64,000 nt of DNA from Bdellovibrionales bacterium. GTDB taxonomy: Bacteria > Bdellovibrionota > Bdellovibrionia > Bdellovibrionales > Bdellovibrionaceae. The notes under the pieces were generated by a model that was not told the DNA's origin, searched no databases, and was given only the letters and a program-made list of their open reading frames with translations. Within the stretch, counting starts at the first letter, position 1. Every line of letters begins with the position of its first letter. Of this stretch, positions 45,101 through 54,687 are shown piece after piece. Location of the stretch: positions 4,231 to 68,230 of the forward strand of contig JAYUTU010000001.1 of NCBI GenBank assembly GCA_043754975.1, read 5' to 3'. The translations under genes were made by a program, and so were the position numbers.

Positions 45101-45662
45101 CTGGCAAGGCTTCGGCGGGCGAAAAGATATCCACGATGCCGCCGCGAATACTAAACTGACCCTTGTCTTCGATAACTGGCGCTGGTTGGTAACCCAAGGA
45201 ACTTAAATAAGCTGCAATATTTGATTCAAGCTCGTCCCCCTTTTTTAAGGTGCGGCATCTTTTTGTAAAATCATAGAAAGGCGCTGATAATTGTAACAGC
45301 GCTGATATTGGAGCTAAGAAAATGTCTTGTTTTTGAGCGCGCGCAGCCCAATACAAAAAATCAACGCGTGAGTGACTTACAGTTGGGGACGGATACAAAC
45401 CCGAATAGTAAGAGACGTCATGATGGTACAACAAGTGAACGCGGAAATACGGCGAGAAAAATTCAAGATGACTACGGAAGGCGATAGCCTCATCTAAACC
45501 AGAAAATACAACCAGGCGCGGCAAGCCGTTGATTTCTTTAGATAAAGATTGAGCTAATAAATAAGAAAGTACCGAGGACGAAGACGTGCCGTCGATGCTA
45601 AAAAAAGTCTTATTCTTCTGTAGGCCGCGAACTAAAATATCTTCAAGCCGAGACTGAGCCAT
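42159..45662 (-). CDS. mfd: Transcription-repair coupling factor Mfd
   Basis: RGGIVDIF, CGDVGFGKTE, DEEQKFG, SATPIPR, QLRGRVGR and DLELRGAG motifs. Confidence 0.98.
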   Translation of the reverse strand: MAQSRLEDILVRGLQKNKTFFSIDGTSSSSVLSYLLAQSLSKEINGLPRLVVFSGLDEAIAFRSHLEFFSPYFRVHLLYHHDVSYYSGLYPSPTVSHSRVDFLYWAARAQKQDIFLAPISALLQLSAPFYDFTKRCRTLKKGDELESNIAAYLSSLGYQPAPVIEDKGQFSIRGGIVDIFSPAEALPVRLELFGDQIETLRTFSITNQRSLDEITQLNIVPVYEAEFTDENIEAIIAKFRTDLVGRAVLSSEIEETIRSLTAKNYFSGCEFLLPYCYDHLVSPLDHFSSGLNLFFLDPAEITREADQYFQELKQESKLETAHLFHPPIENIQLSYDGLKWPEESNIFQFSNLSYVEDATEHEERIPYRTVPLTEFSQLAQNMIPASEAWIQLALPKIKLWLTDGYKIFISAKSMVQVDRLRTLLQKMELSYEVTTSNSYDWTTWLASNAITLIPRPLNETIQIVEEKIIFLRDDDFFGRKQRSSSASTGTSYEQFSAQAKSLSFGDLKPQDLVVHTKHGIGVYEGLKIMNIGGVESEYIQVSYKDKDKLYLPVYRVGQLQKFSGSSATSVLDKLGGTGWEKTKIKVKSHLRDIASELLKLYATRSEITRDPIPLDELAYAQFEKAFPFDETNDQLRAISDLQKDLGSDKPMDRLICGDVGFGKTEVCMRATFQVVQNKKQVAILAPTTVLTFQHLETFKKRFQGWPVEIRSLNRFVPPADQKKTLAELKDGKVDILIGTHRLFSKDIVFKNLGLLVIDEEQKFGVAHKEKIKKLKNAVDTLTLSATPIPRTLNMSFTGMRDLSIINTAPVDRLPTRTFISKFDGELIRKGIQSEIARGGQVYFIHNRVQSLYGLADELRQICPDARMKVAHGQMDEHELEAAMLAFFNHEIDVLVCTAIVESGMDVPRANTMFIDQAHMFGLSQLYQLRGRVGRSKARAYCYLLLPKNKKIEKDAQERLKVIQENTALGSGVRIAQYDLELRGAGNILGDDQSGHVNSVGYELYMDLLNEALSEARGDSVPDRDLDPEINLRIPALIPDSYIADIRIRLSYYKALSEIKSQSDLDAIEGELTDQFGQLPEPVINLMGLMLIRKQCKDLGVRDISAGAKSISLIFTERTRLKPETAIKLAMRENKKYSITPDQRLNVRLNTINWSSVYEELNYLITLI

Positions 45663-45816
45663 TACTTTTTTCCTAAGAATTAAATCGAGACAATAACCAA
45701 CTTATTTAACTCCGACCACCAAATTATCTTAGCTGTTTTATTTCAGCCATGCAGAATTATGATGAACGCAGTTTGGGCGGTTTTAAGCGTTGGCTTTTTC
45801 ACTTCAAGGTGTTGAA

Positions 45817-46215
45817 ATGTCATCATATTTTCAAGGAGGACCTGTGCCATTAGGTGGAGTGATTTTTATCACCATTTTTATTGCAGTATTTGGAACAATA
45901 CTAATTTATTTAGCGCGTTGGACCGGTGGTAAAGCAAAGAAAACGAGCCAAGCAAAATTTGATATTTATGAATGCGGAATTGAAGTTCAAGAAAAAAAAG
46001 ATACAAAAATTTCTGTCAAATTTTATTTAACAGCGATCCTGTTTATTCTCTTCGATATCGAAATCATTTTCATGTACCCGTGGGCTAGTAATTTCAAAAC
46101 TTTTTTAGCCGCCGGCCAAGGAGCCTTTATTTTCTCATCTATGATGATCTTTCTGGCGATCTTCATTTTTGGTCTTTGGTGGGAAATTAAATCTAAAGCT
46201 CTGGAGTGGGATTAA
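45817..46215 (+). CDS. nuoA: NADH-quinone oxidoreductase subunit A
   Basis: YECG, FILFDIE and ALEW. Confidence 0.96.
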   Translation: MSSYFQGGPVPLGGVIFITIFIAVFGTILIYLARWTGGKAKKTSQAKFDIYECGIEVQEKKDTKISVKFYLTAILFILFDIEIIFMYPWASNFKTFLAAGQGAFIFSSMMIFLAIFIFGLWWEIKSKALEWD

Positions 46216-46217
46216 TT

Positions 46218-47360
46218 ATGTCAACTATGGGAAGTTCCGCGTTCGAAATTACTATAAATTTAGTAAAAACAATTTTGGTTTTTTTATTAATGGTTCAAGC
46301 TGTACCAATTTTAGTTTGGCTTGAGCGCCGGGGATCAGCATTTATTCAAAATCGCTTTGGACCAAACCGTGTCGGTCCACTTGGTTTAGTTCAATTGCTA
46401 GCCGACGCTGTCAAATTTTTAACGAAAGAAGATTTTGTACCCGACAAAGGGAATAAGTTTTTATTTTACTGTGCGCCCGTTTTCGCATTGATTCCAGCTG
46501 CAGTAGCTTATTTAGCAATTCCGATGTCGGTTCCCCTGGTGATCGATTCGTACACGTTTCTAATTCAGGGCTATGAGATCAATATTGGAATCGTTTTTAT
46601 TTTAGGAATTTCGTCGCTTGCTGCGTACACCATTTTAATGGCGGGCTGGGGTTCGGGCAGTAAGTTTTCATTGATGGGCGCCCTGCGAGCATCGGCACAA
46701 ATTATATCTTACGAATTAGCCCTAGGATTGGCTATAGTCGGAGTGATCTTAATTTACGGTTCTTTTAATTTATCAGATATGATCCAAGCCCAGGCGGGTA
46801 TACTTTCATTCAAAGCGTTCGGCTATACAGTGGCAGCTGACTGGTTACCAAACTGGGGAATTTTTTATCAGCCCGTGGGAGCGCTTTTATTTTTTGCTGC
46901 GACATTTGCTGAATCTAATAGATTGCCGTTTGATCTGGCCGAAGGCGAAGCTGAGCTGGTTGCTGGATTTCATACGGAATACGGCGGATTTAAAATGCTT
47001 ATGTTTTTCATCGGTGAGTACGGCCACATGATGATTGCTTCCGGCCTGATGGTTACTTTCTTTTTTGGTGGCTATAGTATTTGGAATTTGACCCCAACAG
47101 AAGTTCACCAGTGGATCACGGACACCCTTTCTGTTCCAGCAACAACAGCTAATATCTTAAACACAGCGATTCATTTTTTGTCTTATAATATTAAATTCGC
47201 AGTTTTTCTGTGGATTTTTATTCACGTGCGCTGGACTTTGCCACGTTTTCGCTATGATCAATTGATGGATTTAGGGTGGAAAACGATGCTTCCGTGGGCG
47301 CTTGGAAACACGATAATCACAGCGACTGTAATATTTATTACTTCGTATTTTGTACTTTAA
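46218..47360 (+). CDS. nuoH: NADH-quinone oxidoreductase subunit H
   Basis: LERR..GPNRVGP, RLPFDLAEGEAEL and PRFRYDQLM. Confidence 0.97.
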   Translation: MSTMGSSAFEITINLVKTILVFLLMVQAVPILVWLERRGSAFIQNRFGPNRVGPLGLVQLLADAVKFLTKEDFVPDKGNKFLFYCAPVFALIPAAVAYLAIPMSVPLVIDSYTFLIQGYEINIGIVFILGISSLAAYTILMAGWGSGSKFSLMGALRASAQIISYELALGLAIVGVILIYGSFNLSDMIQAQAGILSFKAFGYTVAADWLPNWGIFYQPVGALLFFAATFAESNRLPFDLAEGEAELVAGFHTEYGGFKMLMFFIGEYGHMMIASGLMVTFFFGGYSIWNLTPTEVHQWITDTLSVPATTANILNTAIHFLSYNIKFAVFLWIFIHVRWTLPRFRYDQLMDLGWKTMLPWALGNTIITATVIFITSYFVL

Positions 47361-47371
47361 AGGATGGACAC

Positions 47372-47914
47372 ATGACTGCAGATGCGTTTTTATTTTGGTT
47401 TTTATCCGTTGTAACTTTGGCTAGCGGCTTATCCGTTATTTTTATGACGAATCCGATTTACTCAGCGCTGTCACTTGCGATGACAATGATTGGCGTTGCG
47501 GCTGTTTTTGTTACATTGGACGCTTACTTTTTGGCAGGAGTTCAATTGATCGTTTATGCGGGCGCCGTTATGGTTTTATTTGTCATGGTTCTGATGCTTT
47601 TTGATTTAAAGCATGAGCTTCAAGCGTTTTCACGCGGCCGCATTACAGGTGCAATTAAAATTGCATCGGTTGGAATTTTATCAGGTCTTATTGTTGGTGC
47701 AGTGACTATGGGGCTAAAGCCAGCCGCGGTTGCAATTTCAGCCAGTGATCTAAAATCAAACGCCGCAGTTGTCGACACGACCAAGGCGCTGTCTGAAAAT
47801 CTTTTTATTAAAAATGTTTTAGGATTTGAAATTTTGGGAGTCATGCTTTTGGTCATTGCTGTAGGAGTTGTTGCTCTTTCAAGAAGTAAAGGTGGAACAC
47901 ATGCTAGAGACTAG
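47372..47914 (+). CDS. nuoJ: NADH-quinone oxidoreductase subunit J
   Basis: NPIYSAL and [13 protein letters not shown]. Confidence 0.96.
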   Translation: MTADAFLFWFLSVVTLASGLSVIFMTNPIYSALSLAMTMIGVAAVFVTLDAYFLAGVQLIVYAGAVMVLFVMVLMLFDLKHELQAFSRGRITGAIKIASVGILSGLIVGAVTMGLKPAAVAISASDLKSNAAVVDTTKALSENLFIKNVLGFEILGVMLLVIAVGVVALSRSKGGTHARD

Positions 47915-48227
47915 CTTACTAACCGACATATCTTTAAACCATTACTTGGCCCTGTCGGCGATTTTATTTTCACTTGGAATGGCGGGAGTTTTACTGCGCC
48001 GCAATCTTATTGTTCTTCTGATGAGTGTTGAGTTGATGTTGAATGCCGTTAATATTAGTTTCGTCGCCTTCGCAAAATATACCGGAAAAATTGATGGGCA
48101 GGTGATGGTATTTTTTGTCATGACTATTGCTGCTGCAGAGGCCGCAGTTGGTTTGGCGTTGGCAGTTTCAATTTTTAAACGATTTAAAGAAGTTAATATT
48201 CGCTTTTTTGAACATCTGAAAGGGTAA
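47901..48227 (+). CDS. nuoK: NADH-quinone oxidoreductase subunit K
   Basis: RRN..ELMLN and [10 protein letters not shown]. Confidence 0.96.
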   Translation: MLETSLLTDISLNHYLALSAILFSLGMAGVLLRRNLIVLLMSVELMLNAVNISFVAFAKYTGKIDGQVMVFFVMTIAAAEAAVGLALAVSIFKRFKEVNIRFFEHLKG

Positions 48228-48232
48228 GCACT

Positions 48233-50179
48233 ATGCTTAATCATGAATTATTAATAGCCATGTTATTGCTGAGCCCCTTGCTTGGGTTTTTTATAAATGG
48301 CCTTAGGTTTCGAAGCTCCAATTATTTGATTGCTGGTGGGGTGGCAACAGCTGCAGTTTTTATTTCTTTTGTAGCGTCCATTTTACTTTTTCTTCAGCTT
48401 GTTGATGCCAGTCCAGAAAACCGACGCCTAAGTGTTACGTTTTTTGAATGGATGTCCGTTGGACAATTTAAGGTCAACGCAGGCTTTTTGGTGGATCAAA
48501 TCAGTGGAATAATGATTCTGATTATCACCGGCGTAGGATCGTTGATTCATCTTTTTTCAATCGGCTACATGCATCACGACAAGGGCGTAACCAAATACTT
48601 CGCCTACTTAAATCTTTTTATTTTTAATATGTTAATTTTAGTTTTAGGTGATTCGCTTCTGACCTTATTTGTCGGATGGGAAGGCGTTGGCCTTTGTTCG
48701 TACCTGCTGATTGGCTTTTGGTTTTCTGATTCTGCGAAAGCAGCTGCTGGTATGAAAGCGTTTATCACCAACCGCATAGGCGATGCTGCCTTTATTCTTG
48801 GAATGTTTATTTTATTTTTTGCATTTGGCACCTTAGATATACAAGCTCTGAATGCACTAGCACCAGCAGTTGCTGAAAGTGGCTGGGTCGGGGCAGTTAC
48901 CTTGGGAACACTGATGTTATTCATTGGTGCCACTGGTAAATCAGCGCAGATTCCGTTGTATGTTTGGCTTCCGGATGCGATGGCAGGCCCAACGCCAGTG
49001 TCGGCCCTGATCCATGCAGCGACAATGGTTACTGCAGGTGTTTATATGATTGTGCGTTTGAATCCACTCTTTATCGTGGCCCCAAATACGATGATGGTGA
49101 TTGCAACCATTGGAGCAGCAACAGCAGTTTTGGCAGCAACCATTGGCTTAACTCAGTACGATATTAAAAAAGTTTTAGCGTATTCAACTGTTTCTCAGCT
49201 GGGATACATGTTTTTAGCAGTTGGCGTGGGAGCCTTTGGGGCAGGTATGTTTCATTTGATGACGCATGCATTTTTTAAAGCGCTGATGTTTTTGGGCTCT
49301 GGATCAGTGATTCATGGAATGCACGAAGAGCAAGACATTCGCAAAATGGGCGGATTAAAAAAATACATGCCAATTACTCACTTTACCTTTTTGTTGGGAT
49401 GGCTTGCGATTATCGGCGTGCCGCCGCTCGCGGGATTTTTCTCTAAGGATGAAATTTTGTGGTTGGCATTTTCGTCTCCAATGGGGCACTGGTCACTTTG
49501 GTTAGCCGGCGCAGCAGGAGCCGCGCTGACGGCGTTTTATATGACACGTCTTATGGCATTAACTTTTTGGGGATCCTCCCGCGTTGATAAAAAAGTTCAT
49601 CCCCACGAAAGTGGCTTGCTCATGACGATTCCGCTGATGGTCTTGGGACTATTATCAGTTATTGGGGGCTGGGTTGGAATTCCGCATGTGATTGGCGATG
49701 TTTTAGGGCACATCCCAAACCTCTGGGAGCACTGGCTAGAGCCAGTTATCAGAAAAATGCCAGCCATGGCTGGCACAGCCGGCAGTCACGATGTTTCTAC
49801 TGAGTGGTTACTGATGGGCGTTTCTGTTGTTGTTGCTATCGGCTCGGCATCATTAGCATATTGGATTTATATTGTTCGCCCGGGAAGTTCTGAAAAAATA
49901 AAAAATTCAATTCGCCCAGCTTACGAATTTGTAAATAAAAAATATTTGGTCGATGAGGCCTATGGCACATGGATTATTAACCCGCTTGTACAAACCAGTA
50001 AAAATCTTTGGTATTATGTAGACGTTAATTTTATCGATAAGCTGACTTTTAAAGTTGCCGATGTAGCAACTGGTGGTGGTTCTTTTGTAAAAGCACTGCA
50101 AAATGGAAATATGCAGCAGTATGCAATGTACATTGGCGTCGGTGTTGTGGTCGTACTTTCGTTCGTATTAATGAGGTAA
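48233..50179 (+). CDS. nuoL: NADH-quinone oxidoreductase subunit L
   Basis: GKSAQIPLYVWLPDAMAGPTPVSALIHAATMV and HAFFKA. Confidence 0.98.
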   Translation: MLNHELLIAMLLLSPLLGFFINGLRFRSSNYLIAGGVATAAVFISFVASILLFLQLVDASPENRRLSVTFFEWMSVGQFKVNAGFLVDQISGIMILIITGVGSLIHLFSIGYMHHDKGVTKYFAYLNLFIFNMLILVLGDSLLTLFVGWEGVGLCSYLLIGFWFSDSAKAAAGMKAFITNRIGDAAFILGMFILFFAFGTLDIQALNALAPAVAESGWVGAVTLGTLMLFIGATGKSAQIPLYVWLPDAMAGPTPVSALIHAATMVTAGVYMIVRLNPLFIVAPNTMMVIATIGAATAVLAATIGLTQYDIKKVLAYSTVSQLGYMFLAVGVGAFGAGMFHLMTHAFFKALMFLGSGSVIHGMHEEQDIRKMGGLKKYMPITHFTFLLGWLAIIGVPPLAGFFSKDEILWLAFSSPMGHWSLWLAGAAGAALTAFYMTRLMALTFWGSSRVDKKVHPHESGLLMTIPLMVLGLLSVIGGWVGIPHVIGDVLGHIPNLWEHWLEPVIRKMPAMAGTAGSHDVSTEWLLMGVSVVVAIGSASLAYWIYIVRPGSSEKIKNSIRPAYEFVNKKYLVDEAYGTWIINPLVQTSKNLWYYVDVNFIDKLTFKVADVATGGGSFVKALQNGNMQQYAMYIGVGVVVVLSFVLMR

Positions 50180-50181
50180 TT

Positions 50182-51720
50182 ATGATTTTATCTGGTTTGA
50201 TTTTTCTACCGATTGTTTTTGCGCTGATCATAACGATTTGGCCACAGCGAAATACAATTCGGCACGTAGCGCTTGGCTTTTCTATCCTAGAGTTTCTTTT
50301 GTCACTAGTGATGCTGAATCAGTTTGAATCCAGCACCGCGGATCTGCAACTGGTAGAAAAAACGATGTGGATTGAGCGCTTTGGAATCTCTTATTTCTTA
50401 GGAATAGATGGCATTTCTTTAATGTTAGTTATGCTGACTACATTTTTAGTTCCAGTGACGATACTTGCTGCTTGGAATTCGATTGAGGACAAGCGCAAAG
50501 GATTTTTTGCAGCACTGTTTGTGCTTCAGTCGGCGATGCTGGGCTCTTTTTTAGCTATGGATGCCATTCTGTTTTACATGTTCTGGGAACTTTCTCTGGT
50601 TCCGATGTATTTCATGATTGGAATTTGGGGTGGTGCTCGAAAAATTTATGCCACCATAAAGTTTTTCATTTATACAATGTCTGGGTCGATGTTGATGTTG
50701 TTGGCGATCATTTTCATGATGCGCTTAACTCCGGAAGTAACCGGAGGAGCAATTAGTGCCAACCTATTAGATTTTTATAAGCTTCAGATTCCGTTTATTG
50801 CCGGCGAATTTTTTACGGCACAAACACTTTTGTTTTTTGCCTTCGCAATTGCTTTTGCAATAAAAGTTCCATTGTTTCCGCTTCATACATGGCTACCGGA
50901 TGCTCACGTTGAGGCGCCAACCCCAGGGTCCGTTTTATTAGCAGGTGTAATGCTAAAAATGGGAACGTATTGTTTTCTTCGCTGGGTAATTCCGTTGTTT
51001 CCCGAGGCTGCCGATCACTATGCATGGATTTTTATTGCAGTGGGAGTCATTGGAATAATTTACGGTGCGCTGGTGGCAATGGTTCAGCCCGACATTAAAA
51101 AACTGGTGGCTTACTCTTCGGTTTCCCACATGGGATATATTATTGTTGGCTTATTTATTATGAACACGTACGGAGTTAGCGGCGCCCTTTATCAAATGCT
51201 AAATCACGGTATTTCTACAGGCGCCTTATTCATTCTTATTGGTATGATTTACGAGCGTACGCACTCGCGGGAAATTTCCGAATATGGCGGCCTGGCTGCA
51301 GCACTTCCAATTTTCACAATAAGCTTTGTGATCGTTACTCTTTCTTCAATTGCTGTGCCTATGACAAACGGTTTTGTTGGTGAATTTTTAATTCTTCTGG
51401 GATCATTTCAATACTCTCCGTGGATGGCGGCGGTATCAGTGACTGGAGTTGTACTGGGCGCAACTTATATGTTGTGGATGGTAAAGCGCGTTTTCTTTGG
51501 TCCCGCCGGAGAAATTGTCCAAAAAGCAGCTCGCGATAAAGAGCACGCACTGCTCGACTTAAATTTTCGCGAGTTAGCCGTGTTAACACCTCTGATCGTG
51601 CTCATATTTTGGATGGGATTGTTTCCCAGTCATTTTATGAACTATTCAACGGCCTCTGTGAATCACTTGATAAAAAACAAAATGAATTACTCATTAACAT
51701 GGAAAGGTGAGGGCAATTAA
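50182..51720 (+). CDS. nuoM: NADH-quinone oxidoreductase subunit M
   Basis: KVPLFPLHTWLPDAHVEAPT and AYSSVSHMG. Confidence 0.98.
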   Translation: MILSGLIFLPIVFALIITIWPQRNTIRHVALGFSILEFLLSLVMLNQFESSTADLQLVEKTMWIERFGISYFLGIDGISLMLVMLTTFLVPVTILAAWNSIEDKRKGFFAALFVLQSAMLGSFLAMDAILFYMFWELSLVPMYFMIGIWGGARKIYATIKFFIYTMSGSMLMLLAIIFMMRLTPEVTGGAISANLLDFYKLQIPFIAGEFFTAQTLLFFAFAIAFAIKVPLFPLHTWLPDAHVEAPTPGSVLLAGVMLKMGTYCFLRWVIPLFPEAADHYAWIFIAVGVIGIIYGALVAMVQPDIKKLVAYSSVSHMGYIIVGLFIMNTYGVSGALYQMLNHGISTGALFILIGMIYERTHSREISEYGGLAAALPIFTISFVIVTLSSIAVPMTNGFVGEFLILLGSFQYSPWMAAVSVTGVVLGATYMLWMVKRVFFGPAGEIVQKAARDKEHALLDLNFRELAVLTPLIVLIFWMGLFPSHFMNYSTASVNHLIKNKMNYSLTWKGEGN

Positions 51721-51721
51721 A

Positions 51722-53182
51722 ATGACAAGTACGTTTAGTTTATCTGACATTTTATTGATTTCACCGCTGATAGCGCTATTTTTGTTCAGTTTAATTCCAA
51801 TTGCGATCAAAGTTTTGCGTGGAAATATCGAACAGTCGCCAGCAGCAACAATTATTGAAGCCCTTATTGGACTGACTCTCGCGGCGGGGCTTTTGATTGT
51901 TTTTGGTGGATCAGGAAAAACAGCCTTTAATGGCCAACTTGTATTTGATGGCCTAACACAGTGGATGGGTCTTATCGCTGTGATAGCAGCGGCCGGCGGA
52001 TTAATTTTGATGTACGAAAATCCGGCGACCAAGGGCGACCAGTTTTCAGAATTGGTTTTTTTAGCATTAAATTCGATTGTCGGAATGTTAATATTAGTTT
52101 CTGCAGTTGATTTACTGATAATCTTTATCGGCTTAGAACTGATGTCATTGTCATTGTATTTGATGATAGCCATGTCTCACGAGCAAAAAGTTTCCAAAGA
52201 GGCAGCAATAAAATATTTTGTCTTAGGATCGTTTGCATCAGCCATATTTTTATATGGAATTTCTTTTATCTTTGGAACTGCCGGCACTGTTAATTTGTTA
52301 GATCTTATGGAAAATTCAGCAAGCCTGATGGCAACCAATAAATTATTTCTGTTTGGTGTTACATTTGTTGTTGTTGGATTTTGTTTCAAGGTCTCGATTG
52401 CGCCGTTTCATGCTTGGACACCAGATGTTTATCAGGGGGCGCCAACGCCACTGACATCATTTATGGCGACGGCAGTAAAGACAGCCTCTTTTGCGGCTTT
52501 TTTGCGTGTTATTGCAACGAAGCCACTGTTAGGGTCACAAAACTTATTTGATGTCTTACAATGGCTTGCAGTCATAACTATGACAGTTGGAAATATTGCT
52601 GCTCTTGTTCAGTCTAACGTTAAGCGAACACTTGCGTACTCGTCTATTTCTCATTCAGGCTACCTGCTTGTCGGATTAATCACCGCAGGCATTAGCCAAA
52701 ACTCTGCATTTGGTGCGGGTAGCGTAATATTTTATTTATTGGGTTATGCTCTGATGACAACGGGTGCGTTTGCAATTGTTAGCCTGCTTGAAAAAAATGA
52801 AAATTCAGTTATTCAAATTGAAAATCTAGCGGGTCTGGCAAAAAGACAGCCGCTGCTTGCATTTTGTTTTACTGTCTTTTTACTTTCACTTGCGGGGTTG
52901 CCACCGACATTAGGATTTTTCGGTAAACTATATCTTTTTAGCGCCGCAGTGAATGAGGGTTTAGTTTGGTTAGCGCTATGGGGAGTGCTGAACTCGGTGC
53001 TAAGTATTTATTATTATTTACGGCCTATTGTGATGATGTATATGCGTGAAGGCGACAGCGACATTGCAGATGACCATTCCTATGCGACTGTAATTATGAT
53101 CGTGATTGCTGCGGGATTAATTTTGTTGCTGGGCTTGGTATCAGGTCCACTTTTTAAAATGATAGAAAAAAGTTTAGGTTAA
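51722..53182 (+). CDS. nuoN: NADH-quinone oxidoreductase subunit N
   Basis: EAAIKYF, FKVSIAPFHAWTPDVYQGAP and AYSSISH. Confidence 0.97.
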   Translation: MTSTFSLSDILLISPLIALFLFSLIPIAIKVLRGNIEQSPAATIIEALIGLTLAAGLLIVFGGSGKTAFNGQLVFDGLTQWMGLIAVIAAAGGLILMYENPATKGDQFSELVFLALNSIVGMLILVSAVDLLIIFIGLELMSLSLYLMIAMSHEQKVSKEAAIKYFVLGSFASAIFLYGISFIFGTAGTVNLLDLMENSASLMATNKLFLFGVTFVVVGFCFKVSIAPFHAWTPDVYQGAPTPLTSFMATAVKTASFAAFLRVIATKPLLGSQNLFDVLQWLAVITMTVGNIAALVQSNVKRTLAYSSISHSGYLLVGLITAGISQNSAFGAGSVIFYLLGYALMTTGAFAIVSLLEKNENSVIQIENLAGLAKRQPLLAFCFTVFLLSLAGLPPTLGFFGKLYLFSAAVNEGLVWLALWGVLNSVLSIYYYLRPIVMMYMREGDSDIADDHSYATVIMIVIAAGLILLLGLVSGPLFKMIEKSLG

Positions 53183-53203
53183 ACGCTTTTATAAAGCGAA
53201 GGC

Positions 53204-54418
53204 CTAAACGTAGTCTCTTAAAACTTGCAGGCCGGATTTAAAACCAATCTTTAGGATTTTGTGTAAAATTTCGGTGTTCAATGAAAAATGATCTGCAAAG
53301 AACATTTCGTAATCCTGGGATCTAGGTGCAATATAGATGTAATCGACTTCGGGGCTGTAGCTGAGCTTGTCTTTTACAGTTTTTAAAATTAAATTTTTCT
53401 GCTTTAGCGGTAGATTTAATTCTTCGGACACGTCTTTCAAAGCGTTATAGACATCTTTTTTCTGCTGTTGAAACTGGATTCCCCGAGCAACTTTTTGTTC
53501 TAGCACCTGGTACAAGGCCTGATTGATAATTGCTGGCATTCCATAAGTATGTAAGGACCCGACCTCCGGGGAATAATGATAGGGCTGCATGGAATACGAG
53601 GCTATCACTAGGTCGGCGCCATGATCTGCTGCTACGTGAGTGCTTAAAGTATCACGGATTTCACCATCGTAATGATACAGCGTATTTCCATCTGGTTTTT
53701 TAATCGGATAGGGCGCGTAGACTGGTGGTAATGCTGTTGAGGCCGCCACGGCTTCCGATATTTTAGTGTATCCCACCTGACGGATTGTTTCACTTTTGGT
53801 GGTTTCTAAAAATGGTCCAAAAATTGTTTTACGCGATTGATTAAGCTGCGTAGCAACAATATACAGTTCGACTCCAAGACGAGAAAAATCATTTTCATCT
53901 AAGACATACTTTCGTAAATAGCGCTCGACACCGTTCGTATTAAAAATTCCATTTAAGGTAAAACCCTTTTTTAGAAAAACTTCTAGACCACCCGTCAAAA
54001 GAGATTTTTGAAGTAAGCTTTCTGGTAACCAACTTAAAAGCCGTTTTGAATTTAAGTGGAATAAGTGCCGGTAGCCGATAGGCTTTATGTGCTCTTCTTT
54101 TGGAATGTCATAAAATAGTGGGGACCCTGCTCCAACTTGAAAGGCGGTCACTAATGATTCAAGCGAGCGGCCCGACGCCAGGACTGACGCCACGAATGAG
54201 CCCGCACTAGAGCCCACATATAATCGGATGGTTGGCGCTGCGGGTTGGCTCGGATTTGTTACATCGGCAAACTTTTGCCGAACTAGCTCTTTGGGTCCAC
54301 CGGCAAAAATAAAGCCCTTTTCCTTTAATGCTAGGCAAACACCAATGTGATAGGCAGCAGCTTTGATGCCCCCGCCACTTAGTACTAAAGCTATCTTTTT
54401 TTTTCCTTGAATATTCAT
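53204..54418 (-). CDS. Patatin-like phospholipase
   Basis: LSGGGIKA oxyanion loop, GSSAG nucleophile, DGE catalytic Asp; ATG 54418 preferred. Confidence 0.9.
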   Translation of the reverse strand: MNIQGKKKIALVLSGGGIKAAAYHIGVCLALKEKGFIFAGGPKELVRQKFADVTNPSQPAAPTIRLYVGSSAGSFVASVLASGRSLESLVTAFQVGAGSPLFYDIPKEEHIKPIGYRHLFHLNSKRLLSWLPESLLQKSLLTGGLEVFLKKGFTLNGIFNTNGVERYLRKYVLDENDFSRLGVELYIVATQLNQSRKTIFGPFLETTKSETIRQVGYTKISEAVAASTALPPVYAPYPIKKPDGNTLYHYDGEIRDTLSTHVAADHGADLVIASYSMQPYHYSPEVGSLHTYGMPAIINQALYQVLEQKVARGIQFQQQKKDVYNALKDVSEELNLPLKQKNLILKTVKDKLSYSPEVDYIYIAPRSQDYEMFFADHFSLNTEILHKILKIGFKSGLQVLRDYV

Positions 54419-54501
54419 AAAGAGTTCGTAGTTAACCACGCTTTAAATCACCTTGAAACTTGATTTTACTAAATGCTGAGATAGCTATCCAGACCAATGG
54501 C

Positions 54502-54687
54502 TAAGTAGTCAGCTTAGAATTTAAGCCGCCAACCTGACTAGGGTTGTGAATAGTCACGACCATAGACCTGTTTGTAATTCATATTTGACACGCATTTGGT
54601 CCATGTTAGGCTTGAGTAGTCGAGGGGACCGCGAGTATGAACACAGAAAACGCATCGAAAAGTTGGTTACCACTAGCTGACTATTCA
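54502..54687. repeat. Cluster of TGA(A/G)TAGTCA-like motifs (candidate operators)
   Basis: TAAGTAGTCA 54502-11, TGACTA 54535-40, TGAATAGTCA 54547-56, TGAGTAGTCG 54613-22, TGACTATTCA 54678-87. Confidence 0.6.
54585..54612 (+). promoter_or_regulatory. Sigma70-type promoter of the HTH gene
   Basis: TTGACA-16 bp-TAGGCT with extended TGn; GAGGGG RBS downstream. Confidence 0.6.
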
